Shown piece after piece: positions 22,212 to 33,841 of a stretch of DNA of 64,000 nucleotides. The notes beneath the pieces are model-generated. The model did no database searches, had not been told where the DNA came from, and worked only from the letters and a program-made list of their open reading frames with translations. Source of the DNA: Microcystaceae cyanobacterium (GTDB taxonomy: Bacteria > Cyanobacteriota > Cyanobacteriia > Cyanobacteriales > Microcystaceae); the NCBI GenBank assembly GCA_041746575.1, contig JBGTGT010000084.1, positions 1-64,000 of the forward strand. Reading direction: 5' to 3'. Numbering within the stretch: position 1 is the stretch's first letter; every line of letters begins with the position of its first letter. The translations under genes were made by a program, and so were the position numbers.

Positions 22212-23160
22212 TGATGTTGGTGAGTTCGGGTTGAGTAGAAGAAGGATTGGCGATTTCTGGGGGCTTTTTGTCGGACTGGACGTTTAATTGTCCGCCAAAT
22301 TGACGCAATTCGTATAATTTTACGCCGATTTGATATTCGTACTGACTCAGCAGACGGGCATAAATATACCCCGGAATCCCGTCTAAAAAGCCTAAGCGGA
22401 TGACATAGAATAAAATGAAGCGCAATAGAGGCTTAAAAGGCAATTTGACCCAAATTCTCTTTAAAAATCGCTTACGTTGTACCGAATCTCCCCATAAATT
22501 TGCGCCAATGGTTCCCTCGTCGCCTTGTCCGGTTAAAAGATTGTAATAAACTCTGGCTTCCCAATTAGAATAGCGATTATGGCGTTGTAACCAATGATAA
22601 ATATCCCTAAAATCAATATGAAGCATATCTTCTTTGAGATAGCCCGATTTTCCTTCTAGAACAACGTGTTCATGCACTTCATTATCCCCAGTATTGGGAA
22701 TGTCTTCGGTGTGTAGGTTTTCATAACGCCCTAAGCGATGACGAAAGAGACGTAAATTCCAATCAGGATATTTTCCCCCGTGACGAATCCATTTTCCCAG
22801 AAAAAAGACTCTTCGATTGAGGTAATAGCCATTATATTCAGAATTTTGGATTACGGTCGCCATTTCTTGCCAGAGTTCGGGGGGAATGCGTTCATCACAA
22901 TCGACAATTAAAATCCATTCATGGCGGAAGGGTAGATTATCCAACGACCAGTTTTTCTTTTTGGGCCAACGGCCGTTAAAATTAAATTGAACGACTTTTG
23001 CACCATAAGACTGAGCAATTTCAATGGAGCGATCGTTACTATGAGAATCAACCACAAAGACTTCATCTGCTTGTGCGACACTTTCTAAACAAGCAGGAAG
23101 ATTAGCCTCCTCGTTTTTAGCGGGAATGAGGACAGAGATAGGGATTTTTGGTGATATCAT
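22204..23160 (-). CDS. Family 2 glycosyltransferase
   Basis: ISVLIPAKNEE, VVDSHSND, VDCDE, VHEH, LGFLDG. Confidence 0.9.
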   Translation of the reverse strand: MISPKIPISVLIPAKNEEANLPACLESVAQADEVFVVDSHSNDRSIEIAQSYGAKVVQFNFNGRWPKKKNWSLDNLPFRHEWILIVDCDERIPPELWQEMATVIQNSEYNGYYLNRRVFFLGKWIRHGGKYPDWNLRLFRHRLGRYENLHTEDIPNTGDNEVHEHVVLEGKSGYLKEDMLHIDFRDIYHWLQRHNRYSNWEARVYYNLLTGQGDEGTIGANLWGDSVQRKRFLKRIWVKLPFKPLLRFILFYVIRLGFLDGIPGYIYARLLSQYEYQIGVKLYELRQFGGQLNVQSDKKPPEIANPSSTQPELTNING

Positions 23161-23462
23161 AGGATTTATACGGGGACTTATTCAGCCTGAATAAAGTATT
23201 TATAAAATTGTGCTAGGTTGGTTTGCAGTTTACCATCTTAAGCTGTGGGTTAGCACGCTCAATCGAAACAAATTCTTGAGATTCCTCCTTTCTTCTCTTA
23301 TCCAAGGCCTCAGTAAAAAGACTTAAGGAAATCTGAAATTCTTTCAAGAAAATCAAAATAAAGGCTTAAAGATAACAATAAGGCGATATTCTAGAAACAG
23401 GAGATACAGTCCATTTAACTTAAAAATTAGCAACGCAACTTAACGAAGGAGTGTTGAGACCA

Positions 23463-24194
23463 TTGGAAACCCATAAAGAAACCATACTCGTTGTCGATGA
23501 TGAAGCCAGCATTCGGCGCATCCTAGAAACCCGTCTCTCCATGATTGGCTATGATGTCGTGACGGCGGCTGACGGAGAAGAAGCCTTGGAGATTTTCCAT
23601 CAATCTTGCCCTGATTTGGTGGTTCTCGATGTCATGATGCCAAAATTAGATGGCTACGGTGTGTGCCAAGAACTGAGAAAAGAGTCAGACATTCCCATTA
23701 TCATGCTAACGGCTTTAGGCGATGTCGCTGATCGCATTACGGGTTTAGAATTAGGAGCCGATGACTATGTCGTCAAACCCTTTTCGCCGAAAGAACTCGA
23801 AGCGAGAATTCGGTCGGTTTTACGACGCGTGGAAAAAAACGGTGCACCCGGTATCCCTAGTTCGGGCGTAATTACGGTGGCAACCATTAGGATTGACACA
23901 AATAAACGCCAAGTTTACAAAGGAGATGAGCGAATTCGCCTTACAGGGATGGAATTTAGTCTTTTAGAATTACTGGTGAGTCGTTCGGGGGAACCCTTCT
24001 CGCGTTCTGAAATTCTGCAAGAGGTTTGGGGTTATACGCCTGAACGTCATGTAGATACTAGGGTCGTAGATGTTCATATTTCTCGCTTAAGAGCGAAATT
24101 AGAGCAAGATCCGAGTAATCCCGAATTAATTCTCACTGCTAGAGGAACAGGATATCTTTTTCAACGGATCTTAGAGCCGGGAGAAGAACCTTAA
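23463..24194 (+). CDS. rpaB: OmpR-family response regulator RpaB (Ycf27)
   Basis: ILVVDDEASIRRILETRLSMIGY...YTPERHVDTRVVDVHISRLR; probable TTG start at 23463. Confidence 0.95.
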   Translation: METHKETILVVDDEASIRRILETRLSMIGYDVVTAADGEEALEIFHQSCPDLVVLDVMMPKLDGYGVCQELRKESDIPIIMLTALGDVADRITGLELGADDYVVKPFSPKELEARIRSVLRRVEKNGAPGIPSSGVITVATIRIDTNKRQVYKGDERIRLTGMEFSLLELLVSRSGEPFSRSEILQEVWGYTPERHVDTRVVDVHISRLRAKLEQDPSNPELILTARGTGYLFQRILEPGEEP

Positions 24195-24220
24195 CGGAGG
24201 GATAAATTTTAGGATAGGAT

Positions 24221-24874
24221 ATGGCAAAGTCTGATCCTGATCGGGTAGTTCGATGGTTACCGTTTATGGTGGGAGGCATTGGGGGGACTTTTCTGCTCAT
24301 TAACCGCCTCTCAACGGTTCAAATTACCGACTCTCAAGCTCGCTCGGATGTGGTGGGGGTAATTCTTTGCGGTTTTATGCTGTTGATTGGGCTAATTTGG
24401 CAAAGGATACAGCCGAAAAACCCTGATACCGTCACCTTAATCGGTGAACAAGGCTTAGAATGGCATGAAAGCTTGCCAGAATCTTTCAAAACGGAACTGG
24501 CTTGGGCTTCTCATTTGTTATTGACGAATACGGTTACAAAGTCTCTCGTGATTTATTATCAGGGGAAAACTTTATTAAGACGGGGAATTTTAGGGGAAAA
24601 GCGTCATGTTACCCCCGGAATAATTGTCAATCGCGTTTTATCCACTGCCAAGCCAATTTATCTGGTTGATCTTAACCTGTATCCGGGGCGAGTGGAATTT
24701 GACTATTTACCTGTTAACACACAAGGAGTGATTTGTCAACCCATTGGTCAAGAAGGTGTTATGATATTGGGAGCAAATTCTCCCCGAAGTTATACCAAAC
24801 AAGATGAAGTGTGGATTGAGGGAATTGCTGATAAACTAGCGAATAGTTTGGACTTATACCATCAGTCGCAATAA
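24221..24874 (+). CDS. ccb4: Cofactor assembly of complex C subunit B (CCB4-like)
   Basis: SQARSD, ELAWASHLLLTNT, YPGRVEFDYLP; follows rpaB. Confidence 0.75.
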   Translation: MAKSDPDRVVRWLPFMVGGIGGTFLLINRLSTVQITDSQARSDVVGVILCGFMLLIGLIWQRIQPKNPDTVTLIGEQGLEWHESLPESFKTELAWASHLLLTNTVTKSLVIYYQGKTLLRRGILGEKRHVTPGIIVNRVLSTAKPIYLVDLNLYPGRVEFDYLPVNTQGVICQPIGQEGVMILGANSPRSYTKQDEVWIEGIADKLANSLDLYHQSQ

Positions 24875-25003
24875 ATTGTGAAAATAAAAACGGGCAAGAT
24901 ATCTGTGGTATTTGTTTACAAAGAACTAAAATTTGCTCTACAAGGTTTTATACGCTAAACGCTTTACTGATTACTTAATGAGTTTCGCTTTAAAAGTTTA
25001 AAA

Positions 25004-25600
25004 ATGACGTTATTACCCGAACCTTCTCAACCCATTCTATCAGAAACAGTCGCTAGAGTATCCCATAATGATACCCATTGGCAATCGGTTGGAGCGTCAA
25101 GGTTTTATTATTTTGCCTACGGTTCTTGTATGTGTCCCGTAGATTTAAAAAGAACGTTAAAAGAAAATACTCATCATTATGTGGTGGGAACAGGCATTTT
25201 GCAAGGTTATCGTTTAGGGTTTTATCGTCATTCTCAAAAGCGGAATTGTGGCGTATTAGACATCATTCCTGATGTCAATTCTCAGGTTGAAGGGGTGTTG
25301 TATCTATTACCATGGCGACTCAGTGAGTTATTAGATGAGCGCGAAGAAATTCCCCATAATGGTTATCGTCATGAGTATGTTGAGATTCAGTGTCAAGATC
25401 AAGTATATAATCCTGTCCGTACTTATGTGGTTGTTCATAAATTAACCGAAGAACTTGCACCCGATGATTGGTATTTTAATGTCGTTTTACGGGGAGCAAT
25501 TACGGGTGGTTTATCCGAAGAATATTGTTGGAATTTATTTAATCATATGTATCAACTGCAATTGAAACAATTAAAACATCAATGGAATTTTAAATATTAG
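25004..25600 (+). CDS. Gamma-glutamylcyclotransferase family protein
   Basis: YYFAYGSCM, VEGVLY, LDERE. Confidence 0.8.
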   Translation: MTLLPEPSQPILSETVARVSHNDTHWQSVGASRFYYFAYGSCMCPVDLKRTLKENTHHYVVGTGILQGYRLGFYRHSQKRNCGVLDIIPDVNSQVEGVLYLLPWRLSELLDEREEIPHNGYRHEYVEIQCQDQVYNPVRTYVVVHKLTEELAPDDWYFNVVLRGAITGGLSEEYCWNLFNHMYQLQLKQLKHQWNFKY

Positions 25601-25603
25601 GGT

Positions 25604-26542
25604 TTAATCGGGATTAGCGCAATACCAATCAATCGTATTTTTTAAACCCTCTTTGAAGGAAACTTCTGCTACAAAACCAAAACGTTCTTTCGCTTTTGTG
25701 GTATCTAAACAGCGTCGGGGCTGACCGTTGGGTTTATCGGTTTCCCAGATAATTTCCCCTTCAAATTCCATTAATTTACAGATAAGTTCGACTAAATCTT
25801 TAATCGAAATCTCATAATTTGTACCGAGATTAATGGGGTCTGATTCATCGTATTTCTGTGTTCCCATGACAATACCTCGCGCGGCATCAGTTGAGTAAAG
25901 AAATTCGCGGGTTGGACTGCCATCTCCCCAAACGGGAAGGGTTTTATCACCTCGTTGTTGGGCTTCATAAACCTTGCGGATTAAAGCGGGAATGACGTGA
26001 GAACTCTGGGGGTTGAAATTATCCTCAGGCCCGTATAAATTGACAGGAAGCAAGTAAATGCCGTTAAATCCATATTGCTGGCGATAGGATTGTAATTGTA
26101 CCAGTAAGGCTTTTTTGGCAATGCCGTAGGGAGCGTTGGTTTCTTCTGGATACCCTTGCCATAAATCCTCTTCTTTGAAAGGAACAGGAGTAAACTTGGG
26201 ATAAGCGCAAATTGTACCGACACAGACGAATTTTTTGACCCCTGCTTGATAAGCCGCATGAATTAACTGAGTACCCATCATGAGATTATCGTAGAATAAT
26301 TCGGCTGGTTTTTCTCGATTTAAGCCAATTCCGCCGACATGAGCCGCTAAATGAATGATAATGTCCTGTTGTTCTGCCAATCGCTGACAATTTTCCAGCA
26401 CTCGGAGGTCACAATCTTGGGAACGGGGAATCGTAATCTTATCGGGATTTGCTCCTGCTTGGTGAAGTTGTCGAACAACTTGTTTTCCCAAAAAACCGGC
26501 ACCACCCGTAACAACCATGCGTTTATTGCTTAAATCCAACAT
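25604..26542 (-). CDS. fcl: GDP-L-fucose synthase
   Basis: [36 protein letters not shown]. Confidence 0.93.
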   Translation of the reverse strand: MLDLSNKRMVVTGGAGFLGKQVVRQLHQAGANPDKITIPRSQDCDLRVLENCQRLAEQQDIIIHLAAHVGGIGLNREKPAELFYDNLMMGTQLIHAAYQAGVKKFVCVGTICAYPKFTPVPFKEEDLWQGYPEETNAPYGIAKKALLVQLQSYRQQYGFNGIYLLPVNLYGPEDNFNPQSSHVIPALIRKVYEAQQRGDKTLPVWGDGSPTREFLYSTDAARGIVMGTQKYDESDPINLGTNYEISIKDLVELICKLMEFEGEIIWETDKPNGQPRRCLDTTKAKERFGFVAEVSFKEGLKNTIDWYCANPD

Positions 26543-26668
26543 AATAGTCCTTATTTATAGGAATTACCCGTAAAACCAGCTGTCAGTGACAACAATTACC
26601 AACGATAAGCCGTTATAGGATTAATTGTTAATCATAGATCACTGATTACGGGTTACTGATGACTAAAA

Positions 26669-27760
26669 TTAATCTACCATCATACTCATCGGCTGGCGCA
26701 CATAGGCGTTATCCGAGTGTTTCAAGGAAGTATTATGGGCTGAAGTGTTATTGGGAGATGTCATACCCAAAGCTGCCAAGTCAGCATTCACCATCAATTT
26801 GACTAATCCTTCAAAGGTTACCGTCGGTTCCCATCCTAATTGGACTTTCGCTTTGGTGGGGTCACCAATTAGTAAATCTACTTCTGTCGGACGAAGATAG
26901 CGGGCATCAAACGCCACATAATCTTCCCAGTTGAGATTAACGTAATTAAAGGCAATATCCAAAAATTCGCGAATCGAGTAGGTTTCTCCGGTGGCAATGA
27001 CATAGTCATCCGCTTTATCTTCTTGGAGCATTAGCCACATCGCCCGTACGTAGTCTTTGGCGTAACCCCAATCTCGCTTAGAATCTAGATTCCCTAAATA
27101 AAGCTTTTTCTGATGACCGGCAATAATACGGGCTAAAGCACGGGTAACTTTACGAGTGACAAAGGTTTCGCCGCGACGAGGGGATTCATGGTTAAATAAA
27201 ATGCCATTACAGGCAAATAAGTCAAAAGATTCGCGATAATTAATCGTTTGCCAGTGGGCATACACCTTAGCACAGGCGTAAGGACTGCGGGGATAGAAGG
27301 GGGTGGTTTCTTTTTGGGGGATTTCTTGGACTTTACCGAACATTTCCGAAGAACCCGCCTGATAGTAACGGACTTCAATTCCGGTGCGTTGTTGGTAATC
27401 CCGAACGGCTTCTAAAATCCGTAATGCCCCCATGCCAACGGAATCTACCGTATATTCAGGGGAATCAAAACTCACTCGAACATGAGATTGCGCCCCTAAG
27501 TTATAGATTTCGTAAGGTTTAACATCCTCTAAAATGCGTCGAAGGGTGGTGCCATCAGTTAAGTCTCCATAATGGAGGAACAGTCTGGCATTTTCTTGAT
27601 GAGGGTCGATATAGATATGATCAATACGGTCTGTGTTAAACGTGGAGGTTCGGCGGATAATACCGTGAACTTCATAGCCTTTTTCTAATAATAATTCACT
27701 TAAATACGATCCGTCTTGACCGGTAATTCCCGTAATGAGCGCACGTTTACGATCTGTCAT
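26669..27760 (-). CDS. gmd: GDP-mannose 4,6-dehydratase
   Basis: [32 protein letters not shown]. Confidence 0.96.
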   Translation of the reverse strand: MTDRKRALITGITGQDGSYLSELLLEKGYEVHGIIRRTSTFNTDRIDHIYIDPHQENARLFLHYGDLTDGTTLRRILEDVKPYEIYNLGAQSHVRVSFDSPEYTVDSVGMGALRILEAVRDYQQRTGIEVRYYQAGSSEMFGKVQEIPQKETTPFYPRSPYACAKVYAHWQTINYRESFDLFACNGILFNHESPRRGETFVTRKVTRALARIIAGHQKKLYLGNLDSKRDWGYAKDYVRAMWLMLQEDKADDYVIATGETYSIREFLDIAFNYVNLNWEDYVAFDARYLRPTEVDLLIGDPTKAKVQLGWEPTVTFEGLVKLMVNADLAALGMTSPNNTSAHNTSLKHSDNAYVRQPMSMMVD

Positions 27761-27911
27761 TTTTAAGGGTCCTATGAATGTTCTAAGTCTAATTTTAGGT
27801 AGGATATTTAGAGATTGTAAAGTAGTGTAACTTAATTTGTCCGTTTGGGGAATCAGAGATTTTAAGGTAGTCTCAAAATTAACCCCAAAAAAGTCTCATT
27901 TCACACTAACT

Positions 27912-28850
27912 TTAAAACGACTTGCGTCTAGGAACTTCGTAAGTCAAAAAATCCTTGGCTAAAAATGTATTCGGGAAAATTGCTTTGGCTTCCTCTAATA
28001 AATTTTCGAGTTGAAGCGCATTGCCTGGCGCATAGCGGGGGCTAAAATGGGTCATAATCAATTGTTTGACCCCAGCTAACAGGGCAACTTGGGCGGCCAT
28101 GGTTGAAGTGGAGTGTAACCGTTCAAAGGCTAATTCTGCATCTTGATGGGCAAAGGTGGCTTCGTGAATTAGCACATCTGCCCCTTGAGACAGTTGAACC
28201 GCTTCTTCACAAAAGACTGTATCTGTACAATAAACGACCTTGCGGCCAATTTCGGGGTCACCGCATAAATCTTGACCTCGGATGCGTCGTCCGTCTTCAA
28301 GCGTTACCGTTTCTCCCTTTTTTAAGCGTCCATAAATGGGCCCCGGTGCGATGCCTAAGTCCGTCGCTTTTTCGAGCTTAAAATGACCGGGACGGTCTTT
28401 CTCGGTAATGCGATAGCCAAAAGCCGGCACTCGATGCTTTAATAAGCTACAACTGACCTGAAATTCTTCATCTTCGTATAATATCCCTGATTCTACCGTA
28501 TGCACTTGAATCCGGTGAGAAAGATAGAGATGAGAATATTTGGCACACGCCTTGATATAGTCTTCTAAGCCCGACGGGCCGTATATTGTAATCAGTTGAC
28601 CACTTCCGGCTAAACCGCAACTAGCCAGCAACCCCATTAGTCCAAAAATATGGTCACCGTGGGTATGGGTAATGAAAATTCGACTTAATTGGGAGATTTT
28701 TAGGTCACTGCGCAGAAATTGATGTTGTGTTCCTTCACCACAATCAAATAACCACAATTCCGCCCGTTGGGGAAGACGCAGCGCAACACTAGAGACATTT
28801 CTGGAACGAGTAGGGACACCAGAACTGGTGCCTAAAAAGGTGATTTCCAC
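27912..28850 (-). CDS. rnz: Ribonuclease Z
   Basis: [18 protein letters not shown] exosite, HEAT, HFSPRY. Confidence 0.95.
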   Translation of the reverse strand: MEITFLGTSSGVPTRSRNVSSVALRLPQRAELWLFDCGEGTQHQFLRSDLKISQLSRIFITHTHGDHIFGLMGLLASCGLAGSGQLITIYGPSGLEDYIKACAKYSHLYLSHRIQVHTVESGILYEDEEFQVSCSLLKHRVPAFGYRITEKDRPGHFKLEKATDLGIAPGPIYGRLKKGETVTLEDGRRIRGQDLCGDPEIGRKVVYCTDTVFCEEAVQLSQGADVLIHEATFAHQDAELAFERLHSTSTMAAQVALLAGVKQLIMTHFSPRYAPGNALQLENLLEEAKAIFPNTFLAKDFLTYEVPRRKSF

Positions 28851-28997
28851 GCTGTTTTTTGGGTTCTATCCATGTATTTTCATTTTGACACACAGTCACT
28901 CGAGTGACCAGTCATCAAGAGCAATTTCCGTTAATCTCACTGGAGTTCGGCTTAAAAAAAACGGGTAAAGATTAGGTTTTAGGGGTAAGGGATGAAG

Positions 28998-29591
28998 TTA
29001 ATCTAACTCTCTGCGCCCTTCTAAGGCTCTCGCTAAGGTAATCTCATCAGCATATTCTAAATCGCCTCCCATCGGCAAACCGAAGGCGATACGAGTGACT
29101 TTCGTAAACGGCTTCAACAATTGACCAATGTACAAGGTTGTCGTATCTCCCTCCACCGTCGGACTGATGGCCAGTATCACTTCTTGCACCCTCTCCTTAC
29201 TCACTCGTCGAACAAGAGGCTGAATGCTTAACTGTTCGGGACTAATGCCATCCATCGGCGAGATAACTCCCCCTAAGACATGATATCTCCCTTTATATTC
29301 TCTGGTTTTCTCAAGCGCAATAACATCGCGGGAGTCTGTCACGACGCACAGGGTTGTTTGCTCTCGATTAGGATTACGACAAATTTCACAAATAGGGTCG
29401 GCCGATAAATGGTAGCACACCTTACAAAATCCGACCTGTTTTTTCGCCGCCACTATTGCGCTTGCAAGGTCTTCAACTTCTTTTTCAGGACGTTTGAGAA
29501 TGTGTAAAGCAAGTCTTTGGGCTGTTTTTGGACCGACTCCGGGTAAACGTTGCAATTGCTCAATCAGACGGGCTAAAGGGGGCGTATAAAT
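28998..29591 (-). CDS. recR: Recombination mediator RecR, probable ATT start
   Basis: [12 protein letters not shown]4 zinc finger, Toprim domain. The conserved N-terminus (I)[11 protein letters not shown] extends to ATT 29591 behind AAGGAG. Confidence 0.92.
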   Translation of the reverse strand: MYTPPLARLIEQLQRLPGVGPKTAQRLALHILKRPEKEVEDLASAIVAAKKQVGFCKVCYHLSADPICEICRNPNREQTTLCVVTDSRDVIALEKTREYKGRYHVLGGVISPMDGISPEQLSIQPLVRRVSKERVQEVILAISPTVEGDTTTLYIGQLLKPFTKVTRIAFGLPMGGDLEYADEITLARALEGRRELD

Positions 29592-29863
29592 TGTAGATTC
29601 TCCTTCATTGAATAACCTTCTTTTAGTTTAACCGTTTTAAGGAAGTCGAGATTTAATTATTATGATAAATGTTAGATCAATGTTTTTTTATTTCTAATCT
29701 CTTTTAGGAAAAAATGCTAAATAGGTTTCTTCCAACTAATTGTTCTCAAGGCATTTGATGAATCTAAATTACCGTAAAACATGAAGAAAGATAAATTTTC
29801 TCGATCCAAATTCTTGAAAATTGTCTATCGTAGTAAATAACGGTCAAATCCTAGGAGATAATC

Positions 29864-32800
29864 ATGCCACCAGCGGTTGAAGAAAAAAGTATGATCCCCA
29901 CCATTTTGGTCGGGATGGGTGGAACGGGTGCGGAAATATTAGCAAGGTTGCGGCGATTAGTCGAAGAAAGCTATGGCAGTCTTAAGAATTTTCCAATTAT
30001 TAGCTTCTTAATTATAGATACGGATAAAGATTATAAAATTACCGATCCCGAAGCATCAGGCACGCCTTTTAAAGATAACGAAAAGCATTGGGCGCGAGTC
30101 AGTGGGAAACAGGTACAAGAAATGGTCATGGAGATGGAAAAATATCCTTGGATTAATAGTTGGTTTCCTAGCGAACTTGAACGGAATATTACTTCATTAG
30201 AAGCAGGTGCTGGACAAATTCGTGCCTGTGGACGTTTTGCTTTTTTCTGTAATTATCATGCCATTCGTAACAAGTTTTTAGAGGCAATGACACGGGTTAA
30301 AAGTAAAGAAAACTTTATGTTAGATCGTTATGGTATTAAAGTAAATACAAACGCAATTAATGTTTTTGTCACGGGTTCGTTATCAGGGGGAACCGGCAGT
30401 GGAATGTTAATTGATATGGGATATGCAGTCCGTCATTGGATTCGTGCAGAAGGCAGTCCTTTAGTAACTGCAATTGTCCCCATGCCCGAAGCATTTGCCG
30501 GAATTAGTGTGGGCGATCGCGTTTTAGCCAATGGTTACGCGGCCTTGATGGAATTGAGTTATTATTCCGATTATCGGACCGAATATGTGCAGCAATTTAG
30601 TAGTGGCTTAGTCGATGAAGTGCGTTCCCAAAAACCCCCTTTTGATTTCACCTATTTAGTCGGAACAAAAAATGGTGAAAGCGATTTTAAACTAAGTCAA
30701 ATTCGGGAGTTAATTGCCCAAAACATATTCCTTGATCTCACCTCTGATTTCGCTCCACACAAACGCTCTATTCGCGACAATATTAAAGGCGCATGGGCGC
30801 AAGCAGATCCCGGAGGTAGAGGGTATCCTAAGCAGTTTATGAGTTTTGGACTCTCTAGCCTTGAAATCCCAATTGCTCAAATTCGTGCTTCTTTATCCTA
30901 TCGTTTGGCTAAGGATTTCATGAATTGGTGGTTAAATTCGGATGTGATATTACCAGCCCAAATGATGGAATTGGTTAAGGGAGATATTCTTAAAAAAATG
31001 CGCTTGACAGAAGGAGAATTAATCGCTGATTTATCGGCAGATAAGGATCGCTCTTTAATGACTCTTGTTTCAGATTGGGTTAATAGTCTTCGCAATGAAA
31101 TCACTCAAGAAGATTGGTTAGAATGTACCCAGCAAGGTGTGAATATAATCGGAGGAGAGCGAGGAAAAATCTTACGTTTTGTGGATGAATTTCTCAATCC
31201 AAAAGTTACGGAGTACAAAGCCGAACACTTTAACGAATTGAGTCCAGATGAACGGATTCATGGTGATTATTTGAAAACGATTTATAACAATCGAAATCGA
31301 AGTATTCAACAAGGGAAAAAAGCCTTAGAAACCGAATTTTATGCCATTATAGAAGACCGTAATCGAGGGCTTAAGTTTGCTGATGCTTTCATCGTAGCTG
31401 TTCGTCAATTGTTTAGTTCAATGATTGAAAAATTTCGTCGTGAACAAGATCAAGTCTGGTCAGCTAATGAAGAAAATCGTCGGAAACAATATGAAGCAGC
31501 GATCGCTGAAATCAACGAATTCAAAGATAAATTTGGCATTTCTAAAAGCGATAAAATGGAACAATATTGTAGTCAAGCCTTAGAAGGATTACAAGGCAGT
31601 TTAACTGCCATTATTCAACGGAAAGTCAGAGCATCTGGTTTAACTGTTATTCAACGCCTAGAAGAACATTTAAACTTCTTAGAAAGTCGCTTAAATCGCC
31701 TCAGTCAAAGGTTAATTCAAGCAAGAGATTTATTCGATCAAAAATCCAACCAAGAAGTTGATAGTGCCGACGCTTTAGTGATTAATGGTATCAAACTTTA
31801 TAATCGGACTGAACTGAATGACTTATATCAAGATTTTATTGAGCAGTACGCAGGTGCAAACGAAGGGGTCAAAAGTCGTTACGAAACAGGAATTAATGCC
31901 CTTTGTAGTGTGCTATCTCAAGACATCTTATTAAAGACCAGTCCCCTCTGGAAAGAAACCCGTCAAGCGGATGAAATGATGCGACTTTTTGATCTGACTG
32001 AATTGCCCAGCGTGCAAGAAGAGGACTTTCGAGAAATCATTACAGATCATACTCGTAATACAATTGAATCTGCGCCAGAGAATAGTAAACTTAAACGGGA
32101 TTTAGCCGCTTGCGATCGCCTCTTTAAAATTTTCAATGATGAGGGAGATATTATTAATAACCTTCGCATTGCTTATCATAAATCTCAACCGTTGATCTTA
32201 CTTAATCAAGCCGTTTTACAAGGAAAAGATGCAGGATTTACCCCTGCTAAAAATATCAATGTAGCGGTATTAGGGGGACGCAATACCAGCGATCCAGCCA
32301 CTCAAAAAATTATCCCAAAAATTCAGGAATTTATGGGACGAGAAGATGATATTAAACCGTTAGGAGAAAAAGAACGTCATCGCATTGTTTTTGTACAGGA
32401 AATCGGTGGATTTTCCCTAAGATGTATCGACGGCATGCGAGATTTACGGCAATCCTATCAAGATTGGAAAGGGGAATTTATACTGGCAAAACGAGCGCAA
32501 CAAGTTGGAGAAAGTAAAGATTTGCCGATTCCTGTTCATCTGCAAAAAGAGCCCCCTTACTGGGACATTTTCCCCGAAGATCCAACCATTTTTAAGTTAG
32601 TGGTTGAAGCTAGAGCCTTACAGATTTTACGGCAAGACATTAATAAAGTCACCCAAGAAAGCGTCATTCGTTATCCCATTTCCACAGCAACAGGCAATAA
32701 AAATGTTGATATTGCCTCAAGTTGGGAAGAAGTTCCCCAAGTCTTAGAAGTTAGAGCTTGTCGTCCGGATAGAGAAGAAATTCAACGTCAAGTTACTGCT

Positions 32801-33133
32801 CAATTAAACTTAGTTGAAACCCCCCAACAAAAGCAGGCACTTTATGAACAATTAATGACCTATTTAAAACAACGAGCAACCGAGTTAAGCAAGCAAGGGG
32901 GAGAAGATAGCCTCGAATATAAACGGGAAGATAAAATTATTTTAGATTTAATTAATAACCATCAGTTAAATACGGGGATGAAGACGGTCGGCGATTCTTC
33001 CGCTAATCCCGCCCTACCTCTTGAAAAGGCATCCTCTCCAGCGAATAACACCGTCTTTTGTGGTCATTGCAGTCATCCGAATCCCTCTAACTTTAATTTC
33101 TGCTCTAAATGTGGCAATAAGTTAAACCCTTAA
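29864..33133 (+). CDS. Tubulin/FtsZ-like domain protein (Tubulin_2/FtsZl1-type) with helical middle and C-terminal zinc ribbon
   Basis: ILVGMGGTG, IDTD, GAGQIR, GSLSGGTGSG; C-terminal CGHC...CSKCG. Confidence 0.8.
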   Translation: MPPAVEEKSMIPTILVGMGGTGAEILARLRRLVEESYGSLKNFPIISFLIIDTDKDYKITDPEASGTPFKDNEKHWARVSGKQVQEMVMEMEKYPWINSWFPSELERNITSLEAGAGQIRACGRFAFFCNYHAIRNKFLEAMTRVKSKENFMLDRYGIKVNTNAINVFVTGSLSGGTGSGMLIDMGYAVRHWIRAEGSPLVTAIVPMPEAFAGISVGDRVLANGYAALMELSYYSDYRTEYVQQFSSGLVDEVRSQKPPFDFTYLVGTKNGESDFKLSQIRELIAQNIFLDLTSDFAPHKRSIRDNIKGAWAQADPGGRGYPKQFMSFGLSSLEIPIAQIRASLSYRLAKDFMNWWLNSDVILPAQMMELVKGDILKKMRLTEGELIADLSADKDRSLMTLVSDWVNSLRNEITQEDWLECTQQGVNIIGGERGKILRFVDEFLNPKVTEYKAEHFNELSPDERIHGDYLKTIYNNRNRSIQQGKKALETEFYAIIEDRNRGLKFADAFIVAVRQLFSSMIEKFRREQDQVWSANEENRRKQYEAAIAEINEFKDKFGISKSDKMEQYCSQALEGLQGSLTAIIQRKVRASGLTVIQRLEEHLNFLESRLNRLSQRLIQARDLFDQKSNQEVDSADALVINGIKLYNRTELNDLYQDFIEQYAGANEGVKSRYETGINALCSVLSQDILLKTSPLWKETRQADEMMRLFDLTELPSVQEEDFREIITDHTRNTIESAPENSKLKRDLAACDRLFKIFNDEGDIINNLRIAYHKSQPLILLNQAVLQGKDAGFTPAKNINVAVLGGRNTSDPATQKIIPKIQEFMGREDDIKPLGEKERHRIVFVQEIGGFSLRCIDGMRDLRQSYQDWKGEFILAKRAQQVGESKDLPIPVHLQKEPPYWDIFPEDPTIFKLVVEARALQILRQDINKVTQESVIRYPISTATGNKNVDIASSWEEVPQVLEVRACRPDREEIQRQVTAQLNLVETPQQKQALYEQLMTYLKQRATELSKQGGEDSLEYKREDKIILDLINNHQLNTGMKTVGDSSANPALPLEKASSPANNTVFCGHCSHPNPSNFNFCSKCGNKLNP

Positions 33134-33245
33134 TTTTTTTCGCAACTGCCATTAGAAATAAATCATGTAAAGGTTTCCTGACATTTTTTTGAGACAAAAC
33201 CTAAAGAAGCTATTAAGATCAAGTTAATTGTACAAGAGGTCAGCT

Positions 33246-33614
33246 ATGAATATGCCAGGTTTTTCGGTGTTGCTGGCCAGGCATCCCAATCTTCAAGATT
33301 ATCTCGAGCATGACAAGTTTATGTTGGGATATGCTTTAGGAAGCGAACAGGGTGGAATATTCTCTGTCTTTCTTCTCAACTCTCCTTGGAGAGACTACTG
33401 TTTACAAGCGACTGCCAGTGAAGCCATCCCTAGTGGGGGCGTCATTGTTGTAACTCACGAAGAACCGTGGAAGCTACAAGGGGTATGGCAAGCTTATTAC
33501 TGGGATTATTCTTTGGAAATGGACAAGAAAACAGCAAAGTTAGCTTCTCTAGCGGTAGAAATCTCCTTAAAGTCTCCTCCCCGTCCCCAGAGAAGTCGAA
33601 TTTACGCTTATTGA
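33246..33614 (+). CDS. Hypothetical protein
   Basis: ATG 33246 preceded by GAGGT; no recognisable motif. Confidence 0.5.
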   Translation: MNMPGFSVLLARHPNLQDYLEHDKFMLGYALGSEQGGIFSVFLLNSPWRDYCLQATASEAIPSGGVIVVTHEEPWKLQGVWQAYYWDYSLEMDKKTAKLASLAVEISLKSPPRPQRSRIYAY

Positions 33615-33749
33615 GCAACTTAATCAGTAAACCATCTCCCGATGGGTTATTTTCCCCAGCGATAAACTGACTCAAGCATAGGATTTTGAGGGAAAATTAT
33701 TGAGTTGTCTTAATGCTTAAAACTTGCTAATCTGAAGAGGTAAGGATAA

Positions 33750-33809
33750 ATCGTTCATCCACCCTTGATGGTGGACGGAAGTAGGGATGTTCCCGAAGGA
33801 ACGCGCCTC
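33750..33809 (+). promoter_or_regulatory. Glutamine riboswitch (glnA RNA motif)
   Basis: P1 CGTTC/GAACG, P2 TCCACC/GGTGGA, CGGAAGTA junction, P3 GGGA/TCCC, GAAG; extended -10 TGCTAATCT at 33725-33733. Confidence 0.88.
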
Positions 33810-33841
33810 ATTCAATCCACTCCAGTGAAGAGGCGAGAACT

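Noticed and set aside
26560..26668. Heptamer-like degenerate repeats between gmd and fcl (similar at about 8325-8385)
   Set aside because: They are too degenerate to define a unit, and there is no repeat-spacer periodicity.
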